Notes under the pieces: model-generated
What the model was told of the DNA's origin: nothing
What the model saw: only the letters and a program-made list of their open reading frames with translations
Databases searched by the model: none
Translations under genes and position numbers: made by a program
Shown here: in pieces, positions 9,468 through 18,282 of the stretch
Layout: the number at the start of each line of letters is the position of its first letter
How positions within the stretch are numbered: the first letter of the stretch is position 1
DNA from: Planctomycetaceae bacterium
Lineage (GTDB): Bacteria > Planctomycetota > Planctomycetia > Pirellulales > Thermoguttaceae
NCBI GenBank assembly: GCA_031257725.1
Contig: JAIROD010000815.1
Span: forward strand, 1-27,834
Reading direction: 5' to 3'
Length of the DNA stretch: 27,834 nt

Positions 9468-10490
9468 TCACCCCTCCTTTATTGCGGAAGTGAACGCGGT
9501 AATATTGTTCAACGGCGTGGACGTACTGAGTCCGCAGGCAGGAGCCAAAATATCAATATTTTTTGACAAAAGATGTTTCGCCTGTTTAAACACCGTGTCG
9601 GCGTTACCAAATTCCAATAAATACGTACTGATATTGCCCATCGCCGGCATATTGTCAAGTTCTTTTTTCAACATTGCCAAATCAACAATCGCGTCAACAC
9701 TCAAAACTTTACTGTGCAATTTTTGCAGTTGCGGTTTCACCATTCGGACATCGCCGCAAATATGGACAATAACAGGAACCCCCAATTCATGTACAGAATC
9801 TGTAATTTTGTTCAGATAATAAACCGCGTATTCGTCAAAAATTTTGGGACCAAGAATTTCACCGGTTGCGGTTGGATCAGCGATTGAAATTGCGGCGGCT
9901 CCGTTGTCTGCCATGAGTTTTGCGTAACTAATCAATTGTTCCGTTACATAATCGATCACTTTATGCGCCGCTTCCCGTTCACGGCGCAGTTGTTTCAAAA
10001 AAATCATCGGATCGACAATAGAAGCCGCAGTGCTGATTGGTCCGGTCAGACTTCCAACTGCCGGAATTTCAGGATATTTTTCCGAAAGTAAATAAATCGC
10101 CTGAATTACTGTTTCGGCACGGCTGCTGTTCGCGATTGTTCCGTCAGGTAAAAAAGTTACATCTTTAACCGACGGAAACACTTCTTTTTGTATTTTCGGT
10201 TCACATTCAAGTGAACCGAAATTGATTGAACTGCCAAGTGCTTCGGCTTCCACCGTCATACAAAATGGAATACCAAAATTTTCGAAACCGGTATTTTCAT
10301 AAACATCATAAGCCAAATCACTCATTTTATCGCTTGTATGATGTGCGTCCGGCAATAAATGTCCGGTTTTTGTCATCACATCCACAATCGCGGCATTCAT
10401 CATACCGCCCGGACAAATAACCGGCGGACGATCAACCGTTTCACCGGATAAAGTTTTTTGTAACCTTTCTTTCGGAGAAAAAACATCCAT
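9468..10490 (-). CDS. MtaA/CmuA-family methylcobamide methyltransferase (URO-D fold)
   Basis: SPKERL start, PFCMTVEAEALG, GPISTA, IADPTA, and Zn-ligand motifs HICG and APACG. Confidence 0.9.
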   Translation of the reverse strand: MDVFSPKERLQKTLSGETVDRPPVICPGGMMNAAIVDVMTKTGHLLPDAHHTSDKMSDLAYDVYENTGFENFGIPFCMTVEAEALGSSINFGSLECEPKIQKEVFPSVKDVTFLPDGTIANSSRAETVIQAIYLLSEKYPEIPAVGSLTGPISTAASIVDPMIFLKQLRREREAAHKVIDYVTEQLISYAKLMADNGAAAISIADPTATGEILGPKIFDEYAVYYLNKITDSVHELGVPVIVHICGDVRMVKPQLQKLHSKVLSVDAIVDLAMLKKELDNMPAMGNISTYLLEFGNADTVFKQAKHLLSKNIDILAPACGLSTSTPLNNITAFTSAIKEG

Positions 10491-10495
10491 AATCG

Positions 10496-11146
10496 TTACC
10501 TCCCAACCAATTCGTTTGCCATTTTAATTGCCTGATTCGCGTTGGACGAATAACCGTCGGCACCAATTTGGTCCGCAAATCGCCGCGACACCGGACCGCC
10601 GCCAATCGCCACCTTAAATTCGTTACGGATTCCTTTCTCGTTCAATATATTGATCACATCCGCCATGCCATCCATTGTTGTTGTCATCAGCGATGAAATC
10701 ATAATAATTTTTGCATTTTCCTGAACTGCACGCTCAACAAATACGGAAGGAGGAACATCTCGTCCTAAATCGATCACGTCAAATCCGGCGGAGGAGAGCA
10801 TAAGTTTAACGAGATTTTTTCCAATATCATGCGTATCACCCGCGATAACACCGATAACAATTTTATGCTTTTTTTCTTGACGTTCTGTTTTAATGTACGG
10901 TTTCAATATTTCAACACCGGCATTCAATGCGTCCGCGCACATGAGTAATTCCGGTACGAAATATTCTCCATCGTCAAAAAGCCGTCCCGCTTGTTCCATC
11001 CCTTTGGCAAGTCCCAGATCAATCGCTTCGAATGCGTCGTAACCGGATTCAACCGCTTCATTCGATAATTGTGCGGATAACTCCTCTTCCATATTAACAA
11101 CAGCATCGGACATCTCCGAATATAATTCATCTTTAGTTTTGCCCAT
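10496..11146 (-). CDS. Corrinoid (B12-binding) methyl-carrier protein, MtaC/MttC-like
   Basis: EYFVPELL, GDTHDIGKNLV (DxHxxG), SSLMTTTM and IGGGP. Confidence 0.92.
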   Translation of the reverse strand: MGKTKDELYSEMSDAVVNMEEELSAQLSNEAVESGYDAFEAIDLGLAKGMEQAGRLFDDGEYFVPELLMCADALNAGVEILKPYIKTERQEKKHKIVIGVIAGDTHDIGKNLVKLMLSSAGFDVIDLGRDVPPSVFVERAVQENAKIIMISSLMTTTMDGMADVINILNEKGIRNEFKVAIGGGPVSRRFADQIGADGYSSNANQAIKMANELVGR

Positions 11147-11261
11147 AATAAAAAAACTCCATCAAAAATAAATTATTGTAATAGTTTATTTTTTATAACC
11201 ATTCACGTCATATTGGTGTCAGGCAGGTGTTCTTGCAGTACAACAGGTATTGAATCCTGCT

Positions 11262-11459
11262 AACGCCGTTAGGCGTTCTCTGTGAATAACCGCCGGTTTC
11301 AACCGGCGGAAAGTACCGTGTTACACTCCCCCCCTTTAGGTGTTGTCCTAAAAAATATCGCGCCTTTTGTGGACAACCCCTAAAGGGGTTGTTGGTCAAT
11401 GGGGCTTTTACCGCCGGTTAACACCGGCGGTTATTCATAGTAAACGCCTAAAGGCGTTT
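11262..11459. repeat. About 200-bp nested-palindrome element (REPIN/MITE-like)
   Basis: Imperfect ~50-bp terminal inverted repeats (AACGCC.TTAGGCGTT...GAATAACCGCCGGT..AACCGGCGG), each itself palindromic. Inner inverted repeat CCCCTTTAGG(T/G)GTTGTCC at 11331-11348 and 11371-11388. Confidence 0.8.
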
Positions 11460-11491
11460 GTCCAATTTAACCATTATCAAATAAAAAAAAA

Positions 11492-12856
11492 TTAACGTTG
11501 TGCTGCGATAACGGAAAGTAAATCTTCGATGAGTGACAAACTGCCGTCATAACCGGCGTATCCGCGATTCAACACAATACGGTTTCCCACCGGATAACTT
11601 ACCGTAAGATGTCCTGCACCGATATCTGTTGCAAATTCACGTTCCAGATGACTGCCGATCACAAAACCCGGTGAAAAATCATCTTGATACAAACGGTCGG
11701 ATTTTCTTGGTACGATTTTCCAAAAATGCGTTTTGATTTCCGTCGGATCGGATTCATAAGCAATCGCGGTCGGATATTGGGAAGTCAATGTTTCAATAAC
11801 ACTGCTGATTTTCGGTTTTTGTTCTTCATCGACATTATTGGTAACAACCATTAATTCCGGCAGCCAGCCGAAATCGTCTGCAAGAAATTTCGTAATAGCA
11901 GGCGCATAATTAACATCGCCCACAACAACCGCGTAACGCTGCCAGTCAAGATCATTGTAAGCGTCCGCGACTCGTTCCAAATAACGGAAATAATGTTTTG
12001 TTTCCGTCTCGATGAGTTGTTGTACAATATCTTGCGGAATTTCAAGAATTTCCGCAACATTTTTCAAAAAGGCTTCTGTTGACGTGGGTCCGATAGGAAA
12101 GGGATTGGTAATATAAGGAATTTGATGTATTTTCTTAAAGGCGTTTGCAGCGTCTTGAGCGTAAAATTCCGAAACGACAATCGTCAACGCCGCATCGCCT
12201 GCGTTGCGGATACTATTTAATGTATCATATTCGGTAAAGAACGAATTAACTTCCAATCCTAATTTTTCCAATAAGGTACGAATTTTTAACAGATTACCGC
12301 GCCAAAAAGCGTCTTGCCCCGGCACCACACCTAACAAGTTGACTTTATTTTTCTTTTTAACTTTTTGTTTTTCGATAAATTCCCGTATGAGAACAGTCAA
12401 TACAAGATCGTAACCTTTATAACCGTCTCCATGAAAACCGCCTGTTTCCGTACCGATAATTTCGGTTCCTTCTTCACGATATTGCCGGACAATAGATTGT
12501 ATATCGTCACCGATAATATCAGCGGTACAGCCTGTGAGAATAATGTACAATTTCCCTTCGACTAATTCGATTGTATTTTTTACTTGTTCTTCCAACCGTT
12601 CTAAACCGCCGAAAATGATGTCTTTTTCTTGAATATTGGAACTCGGCACCGCCAAGCCGCCGCAATATCCCGCGCCCAAATAACCGGTACTTCCATATTG
12701 GTTCCAATAAATACTTCCGCCGCATCCCATCGCGGTATGTAATATCGGTACGGTTTCCGGTAATGCCGTAACCGTAATCAACGCGCCGCCCAAAGAACAA
12801 AATGATCTTGGTCTTTCGATAAAACGTTTATTTGTATTAGTTATATACGTATTCAT
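11492..12856 (-). CDS. Nitrogenase-like component 1 beta subunit (NifK-like; group IV/MarK-like)
   Basis: Three P-cluster-type cysteines (FCSLGG C20, HTAMGC C45, TGCTADIIGDD C110), short N-terminus, and C-terminal VSYPVGNR...GYAGYDG. Confidence 0.9.
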   Translation of the reverse strand: MNTYITNTNKRFIERPRSFCSLGGALITVTALPETVPILHTAMGCGGSIYWNQYGSTGYLGAGYCGGLAVPSSNIQEKDIIFGGLERLEEQVKNTIELVEGKLYIILTGCTADIIGDDIQSIVRQYREEGTEIIGTETGGFHGDGYKGYDLVLTVLIREFIEKQKVKKKNKVNLLGVVPGQDAFWRGNLLKIRTLLEKLGLEVNSFFTEYDTLNSIRNAGDAALTIVVSEFYAQDAANAFKKIHQIPYITNPFPIGPTSTEAFLKNVAEILEIPQDIVQQLIETETKHYFRYLERVADAYNDLDWQRYAVVVGDVNYAPAITKFLADDFGWLPELMVVTNNVDEEQKPKISSVIETLTSQYPTAIAYESDPTEIKTHFWKIVPRKSDRLYQDDFSPGFVIGSHLEREFATDIGAGHLTVSYPVGNRIVLNRGYAGYDGSLSLIEDLLSVIAAQR

Positions 12857-14370
12857 TGATCATCGCCTCCTTGAATATATTTGAACGGATTTTCCGAATA
12901 CCAAAATTCCTTGTACGGCTGGCGGGCATGTTTCGATAAATGTTCGTTGAACGACGAATTTTTCAAATGCCGTTTCAAACGCCGCGCAATATCATAAGCA
13001 CCGGCGTAACCGCTGTAAATACTATTTGTTCCATAAATTGGTAAAACGGCAACGCCGCATTTTGCCGCCCAGATGTTGTCGGAATTATGACCGATATAAA
13101 TGTCCGGTTTTGTACGGTAAATAAGATTGACGGCTTCAAAAGGCTGTGCGGTGGCGACATTGATACGAATTTTAGGATTGATCTTTTCAAGTTTTTCAAT
13201 TTCGACTCCGCCGAATTGATCATAGTGATAAGGACGCACCGCTAAAATTTCCATGCCTAATTCTTGCAACAACACGGCAGTTGCAAGTGTACGAATTTCA
13301 CCGGCACTCAGCATTGCTGTTTTCCCTTTCAGATAAGGAAGCAACGGTTTCAACGACTGATTTAATTCATCGGTTTCCGATTTAATGATACGTTCCGCCG
13401 CATCGGTCAATCCAAGTTTTTTGGCAACTTGACGAAGCCAAAGTGAAGTATTTTCGATACCGATAGGCATTTGACCGCCTACAAAAGGAACTCCAAATTT
13501 TTGTTCCAGATAAGTCATAAAGTAATCGTCATGAGTTGGACAAACGCCGATTGATAACGCCGCAAACGGAGCAAGGCGAAAAGCGTCGGGATGAGCGTCG
13601 CAAGGTAACATATTCACCTCAAGTCCCAACTTATTCAAGAGCCGCGTCAATTCCTTCTGATCCGGTCCCGTCATCGACGATACATTCAGAAGATTAACCA
13701 ACCGGCTCCGCCGTAACTTTTCCGATGTTACCGAAATTTCATTATCATACACATTAAATTCCGTTTCATCTTTTCCGTCAGTCATGTTCCGCAAAAAAGA
13801 ATGAAAAATCGCGTCATAAGCGGTTGCCATAATTTTTGTTTTAAAACCTTCGCAATGAATCGGTAAAATTGTTGCGGAAACCTGATCTTTCAAATTATCG
13901 GCAACTCCGTCAATATCATCGCCGATAATTGCGGGCACACAAGTTGACAGAACAATAATTGCGTCCGGTCGGTAACGTTTATCGGCTTCGACAATACTAT
14001 GTTTCAATTTTTCTTCTCCGCCGGACACGACATCACTTTCACTCAAATTTGTCGAGAGCCAAAGTGCGCCTTTCGGATTTTTGATACCGCTGTTAAACTG
14101 ACCGACGCGCACACTTGCACCTTGTGAATGTACTGCGCCGCCGCAGCCGACCGCACCATGCACAATAACAACACAATCTTGTAACGACGTTAAAATTGCT
14201 GTTGCAGGAAGAAGTTGACAAATCGTTCCTTGACTAAACGCACGGCGTTTGTTTTTCAGACAACCGCCGCAAAACTGTTTATGAATTTCGCCCACCGTAC
14301 CGCCAAATTCGATACAACTTCCCAATCGTTCTTCGCGCCGCGGCGCAACTTTTTGTTTTAAATAATTCAT
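12853..14370 (-). CDS. Nitrogenase-like component 1 alpha subunit (NifD-like; group IV/MarD-like)
   Basis: P-cluster-type cysteines (TICQ, HGAVGCG, STCVPAIIGDD), HCEGF, and cofactor-type Cys in GVCPTHDDY. Start placed at 14370 (GGAGG RBS, ATGA overlap with the upstream stop); the ORF track gives 14385. Confidence 0.9.
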   Translation of the reverse strand: MNYLKQKVAPRREERLGSCIEFGGTVGEIHKQFCGGCLKNKRRAFSQGTICQLLPATAILTSLQDCVVIVHGAVGCGGAVHSQGASVRVGQFNSGIKNPKGALWLSTNLSESDVVSGGEEKLKHSIVEADKRYRPDAIIVLSTCVPAIIGDDIDGVADNLKDQVSATILPIHCEGFKTKIMATAYDAIFHSFLRNMTDGKDETEFNVYDNEISVTSEKLRRSRLVNLLNVSSMTGPDQKELTRLLNKLGLEVNMLPCDAHPDAFRLAPFAALSIGVCPTHDDYFMTYLEQKFGVPFVGGQMPIGIENTSLWLRQVAKKLGLTDAAERIIKSETDELNQSLKPLLPYLKGKTAMLSAGEIRTLATAVLLQELGMEILAVRPYHYDQFGGVEIEKLEKINPKIRINVATAQPFEAVNLIYRTKPDIYIGHNSDNIWAAKCGVAVLPIYGTNSIYSGYAGAYDIARRLKRHLKNSSFNEHLSKHARQPYKEFWYSENPFKYIQGGDDQ

Positions 14371-15422
14371 AATGAACTCCTCCATTTACGCGATGCTGTA
14401 ACAAACGCTCGTACATTTTCTTCGGATACCTTTGCGGAAAGATCGCAACCCGGTAATAACATAAATCCGCCGTCTCCGGCAGCATCATCCAAACATTTTT
14501 GTGTTTCAATATAAATTTCATCGGCGGTTTTTTCTTCAAGAACAAACACCGGATTCACGTTTCCCGCTAAACCGATTTTTCCGTATAATATCTGTTTTGC
14601 GTTTCGTAAATCAACCTTGCTGTCCACTGAAACCATTTGGATTCCTGTTTGCGGTAACAAATGTAAACGGTCGGAAATATTGCCGCAAATATGAATCAAA
14701 GAATGTTTCTGATACGACTTTAAACGTTGTATCACCGCCATAAGATAAGGAATAACAGCATATTCAAAATGACGTACAGAAACAACATCGCCCGACGCAC
14801 TAGGATCCGCAATAAAAATACCGTCAATTCCATCAACCTGCAACATAAATTCAAAATAAGCAACAGAAATATCTGTTGTAAAAGCGAGCAGTTTTTCCGC
14901 AAACAGTTTATTTTTGTACAACGATTTCGACAATGTTTCCAAACCTAATAATTGTCCCGCTAATGTGAACGGGGCACGTCCGCTGACAAATAAACTTCTC
15001 GGATTGTTGTTCTCTGGATTTTCGTTCAGTTTTACCGTTTCCTCCGCAACCGCTTTTAACCACTTTATTTTTTCAGATTGAAACACACTTTGTAAATCAA
15101 GCTGATCAATGTCTTCCGGCGAACTAATAAGTAATGAATCAATTTCCGGCGCACCTTTTTTTGTAAATTGAATTTTTCCTCCCAACGCTTCAACTAAAAA
15201 GGCGGTTGCGCCGGTTCCAACCGTAACAAAATCCGCGCCGACTCTTTCATTGACACGATAAAAAATTTCAGCAGCGCGAGACGGCGGAGAGGATAATAAT
15301 TCCTGTAACGAAACGCCTTCCACGAAAAAAGGCCAACTCCCGCCAAGACAAACTCCCACCGGAACCCGTTCCGGTTTTTTAAGAGCAAATACCTCTGTTA
15401 TAATTTTTCTTGATGTGGACAT
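14367..15422 (-). CDS. URO-D-fold MtaA/CmuA-like methyltransferase
   Basis: PERVPV, RAPFTLAGQL, IADPSASGDVVS, HICG, GNVNP and LPGCD. Probable start MSTSRK at 15422, because the ORF-track extension to 15488 is made of 9-bp repeats. Confidence 0.85.
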   Translation of the reverse strand: MSTSRKIITEVFALKKPERVPVGVCLGGSWPFFVEGVSLQELLSSPPSRAAEIFYRVNERVGADFVTVGTGATAFLVEALGGKIQFTKKGAPEIDSLLISSPEDIDQLDLQSVFQSEKIKWLKAVAEETVKLNENPENNNPRSLFVSGRAPFTLAGQLLGLETLSKSLYKNKLFAEKLLAFTTDISVAYFEFMLQVDGIDGIFIADPSASGDVVSVRHFEYAVIPYLMAVIQRLKSYQKHSLIHICGNISDRLHLLPQTGIQMVSVDSKVDLRNAKQILYGKIGLAGNVNPVFVLEEKTADEIYIETQKCLDDAAGDGGFMLLPGCDLSAKVSEENVRAFVTASRKWRSSL

Positions 15423-15452
15423 TTTTTTATTTCGTAAAGTTAAGTTAGGGTT

Positions 15453-15530
15453 AATGGACATAATGGACATGATAGACACAATGAACATGATGGGACAATG
15501 ATACGAAAATAGTATTTTTAAAGGGTTCCC
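15453..15530. repeat. 9-bp-period GGACA repeat array with a GGGAAC...TAAAAAT-type terminus
   Basis: AATGGACAT AATGGACAT GATAGACAC AATGAACAT GATGGGAC, followed by ATTTTTAAAGGGTTCCC. Related arrays occur at 17026, 19711 and 27281. Confidence 0.6.
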
Positions 15531-15603
15531 TAATGTTTAAAGTCGCCGGATAAACCGCCTACCGGATAGAAATCAGCCAACTGTTCCACAAAAGGTGAAA
15601 CAA

Positions 15604-16926
15604 TCAGGAATTTTCCAAATACCGTTCCCGTTCCCAATCTGTAACATTTATATCGTGAACGGAAATATCGAAATGAATTAATTCACTGAAAATTTCAACA
15701 AATTCCTTGCCGAAATATTCAACCGCTTTTTCACTTTTGTCAAACAAAATTGCCGCGTCTTTTAATGTCCGCGGAATAGCGGGAAGCGTTTCATTAAAAT
15801 AACCGTTGCCTTCGATAATTTCCGGAGCCGGTAATTTTTGTTCCAAACCGTATAATCCCGAAGCAATAGAAGCCGCAATCAGGAAATAAGCGTTTGCATC
15901 CGCAGCACCGGTGCGCTGTTCAATTCTCGTACTATTTCCATAACCAACCAATCTCGTTGAAACCGTTCTGTTATCGTAACCAATTCCAACTCGCGTCGGA
16001 GCAAACGACATGTCCGTGAGACGTTTGTAAGAATTAACCGTAGGACAACACAACGCCATCAATTCACGTGTTCCGTCAAGAAGTCCCGCCGAATATTGTT
16101 CCAGTATCGTTTTGTCCTCCGCAAAAGCATTTTTTGAAACTCCATTGTTTTCCTTCGTCCATAAACTTTGATGTAAATGGTAACCGCTGCCCGATTCCGT
16201 ATTCCAAACCCGCGCCATAAATGTTGCGTACATCCCATTTTTTCGTGCAATTTCTTTAATTGCGTTACGAGCAATCACCGTGTTGTCCGCATTCGTCAGC
16301 GCATCGGAAAATTCCAGAATCACTTCCATCTGACCAGGACCATATTCCGTATGAACCGCCTCAATCGGAATTTGAAACGCCTCCAAATTATTTTGAATCT
16401 GTTCAATAATATCACTGTACTGACTCGCTTTTCCAATAGAATAAGTTTCCTTGCCGCCGAAAAGCGGTTTTTTGTTACTGTCCAGAAGATAAAACTCAAC
16501 TTCCGATCCCACTTTCGCCGTATAACCTGTTTTTTCAAGCCGTTCCAGTACATTTTTCAGAATTTGCCGAGGCGCAACCTGAATACGTTGTCCTTTATCC
16601 GTATCAAGATCGGCAAGAACAAAAGCAGTTCCTTTACGCCAAGGAATTTCCCGTAACGTGGAATAATCCGGTTTCAAAATCATATCCGACGCACCATACT
16701 CAAAACCCGCAAAAGAAGAGGTCGAAAAATATTCCGACTGAACATCCCACGTCAACGGCGCACGGCATAACCCGGTGCCGGATGTTAAATGTTCCAGTAA
16801 AAACCGAGACGGTAAACGTTTGCCAATAATGGAACCGTTAATGTCCGCAAATCCAACTTCCACCGAATGGATTTTATGTTCCAAAATATATTCTTTCGCT
16901 TGTTCCAATTCTTGTAATGAATACAT
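15604..16926 (-). CDS. Glutamine synthetase-like protein (probable gamma-glutamyl-amine ligase, PuuA/GmaS-like rather than GlnA)
   Basis: GSEVEFY, HTEYGPGQME, GSGYHLHQSLW, NSYKRL, DNRT and RIEQR motifs. It lacks the GlnA FDGSS ammonium-site motif and the adenylylation loop. Confidence 0.85.
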   Translation of the reverse strand: MYSLQELEQAKEYILEHKIHSVEVGFADINGSIIGKRLPSRFLLEHLTSGTGLCRAPLTWDVQSEYFSTSSFAGFEYGASDMILKPDYSTLREIPWRKGTAFVLADLDTDKGQRIQVAPRQILKNVLERLEKTGYTAKVGSEVEFYLLDSNKKPLFGGKETYSIGKASQYSDIIEQIQNNLEAFQIPIEAVHTEYGPGQMEVILEFSDALTNADNTVIARNAIKEIARKNGMYATFMARVWNTESGSGYHLHQSLWTKENNGVSKNAFAEDKTILEQYSAGLLDGTRELMALCCPTVNSYKRLTDMSFAPTRVGIGYDNRTVSTRLVGYGNSTRIEQRTGAADANAYFLIAASIASGLYGLEQKLPAPEIIEGNGYFNETLPAIPRTLKDAAILFDKSEKAVEYFGKEFVEIFSELIHFDISVHDINVTDWERERYLENS

Positions 16927-17025
16927 TGTATTTCTTAAAATTTGTTTTTATTGGTAATCGTTTTGTTAAAAAACACGGTTGGAAATAATGTTGCGTTTTT
17001 TGGGGGATTCAATTGACTTAAAAGT

Positions 17026-17056
17026 GACATTAGGGACAGTGGAGACACTAGGGACT
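17026..17056. repeat. 9-bp-period GGACA repeat array
   Basis: GACATTAGG GACAGTGGA GACACTAGG GACT, between cysK and the GS-like gene. Confidence 0.5.
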
Positions 17057-17116
17057 ATTTTTTTTTTTGAACGATTATTGTTTTTATCATTATCATTATC
17101 ATTATTTTTATTATTA

Positions 17117-18064
17117 CTATTTTTTAAATGGGTTATCAAAAAGCGGTGTGGATAAATAACGTTCTCCGGTGTCGGGAAGAAGAACCACGATTGTTTTGTC
17201 CTTATTTTCGTTGCGTTTTGCAATTTGTAACGCGGCGAACGCTGCTGCGCCGGAGGAGATGCCGACGAGTAATCCTTCTTGAGTTGCCAACTCGCGCGAA
17301 GTTTCAAACGCTTCGTCATTTTTGACACGAAAAATTTCGTCAACTACCGACAAGTTCATAATTTCCGGAACAAATCCTGCTCCGATTCCCTGAATTTTAT
17401 GCGGTGCCGCCGCTCCGCCGGATAAAACCGGTGAATCGTCCGGCTCCACCGCAACAATTTTTACGGACGTTTTTTTCTCTTTGAGCACTTCGCCAACACC
17501 GGTAATTGTTCCGCCGGTTCCAACTCCACCGACAAAAATATCAACTTCGCCTTCGGTATCGTTCCAAATTTCCAACGCGGTTGTTTCACGATGTATTTTC
17601 GGATTCGCCGGATTACGAAATTGTTGCGGACAATAACTGTTCGGAATTTGTGCGGCGATTTCTTCCGCTTTACGGATTGCACCTTTCATTCCTTCACTGC
17701 CGGAAGTCAACACCAGTTCCGCTCCGAGTGCTTTCAACAAATTACGCCGTTCAATACTCATTGTTTCCGGCATCGTGATAACAATTTTGTAACCTTTCGC
17801 CGCAGCCACAAATGCAAGTCCAACACCGGTGTTACCGCTGGTTGGTTCGATGATGACGGAATCTTTTTTCAAAAGTCCTTGTGCTTCGGCGGCTTCAATC
17901 ATTGCCAACGCAATACGGTCTTTCACACTGCCGGCAGGATTGAAAAATTCCAATTTCGCTACCAATTTCGACTTCACGCCTTGATCCGTTCCGAATTTTT
18001 TCAGTTCCAGCAAAGGCGTATTACCAATAAGTTCCGTTAAACTCTGTTTATAAATGACTGTCAT
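17117..18064 (-). CDS. cysK: Cysteine synthase A (O-acetylserine sulfhydrylase)
   Basis: PLP lysine in NPAGSVKDR, plus [23 protein letters not shown] and PDTGERYLS. Confidence 0.95.
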   Translation of the reverse strand: MTVIYKQSLTELIGNTPLLELKKFGTDQGVKSKLVAKLEFFNPAGSVKDRIALAMIEAAEAQGLLKKDSVIIEPTSGNTGVGLAFVAAAKGYKIVITMPETMSIERRNLLKALGAELVLTSGSEGMKGAIRKAEEIAAQIPNSYCPQQFRNPANPKIHRETTALEIWNDTEGEVDIFVGGVGTGGTITGVGEVLKEKKTSVKIVAVEPDDSPVLSGGAAAPHKIQGIGAGFVPEIMNLSVVDEIFRVKNDEAFETSRELATQEGLLVGISSGAAAFAALQIAKRNENKDKTIVVLLPDTGERYLSTPLFDNPFKK

Positions 18065-18282
18065 TTTTGAAATAAAAATAGAAAATGGCGTAACAATTCA
18101 GCCGTTTGATTTTTTGTTTTTTATTTCAACGCGAAATACAAAAAAATTGATACAAAATAAAACGAAATTCCTTTTCACGTATTTTTTACCTTTTTTAACG
18201 TATTTCGCGGTAAAAAAATAAGTTACCGTAAACGGTTTCAATTACAAAATTTTAATTTGTAACAAACAATTATTTCCGTTGA

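Noticed and set aside
11492-14370. Canonical N2-fixing nifDK or nifEN
   Set aside because: No nifH, nifB or nifEN in the operon, and the His195/Gln191/Arg96/His442 motifs are not conserved by manual alignment. K keeps three P-cluster Cys, unlike NifN.
11492-14370. DPOR/COR (BchNB, BchYZ) or CfbD
   Set aside because: Both subunits carry three P-cluster-type Cys plus a cofactor-type Cys in D. There is no tetrapyrrole or photosynthesis gene context, and this is a heteromeric pair rather than a single CfbD.
15423-15488. N-terminal extension MFIVSIMSIMSINP... of the MtaA-like ORF
   Set aside because: It is encoded by the 9-bp repeat array; the paralogues begin at the position equivalent to MSTSRK.
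15604-16926. True glutamine synthetase glnA
   Set aside because: It lacks the FDGSS ammonium-binding motif and the adenylylation loop, so no gene symbol was assigned.
17083-17120. ATCATT microsatellite near the cysK stop, and TTAACTA-like repeats at about 3753-3795
   Set aside because: Low-complexity AT-rich intergenic sequence outside coding or promoter cores; no evidence for phase variation.
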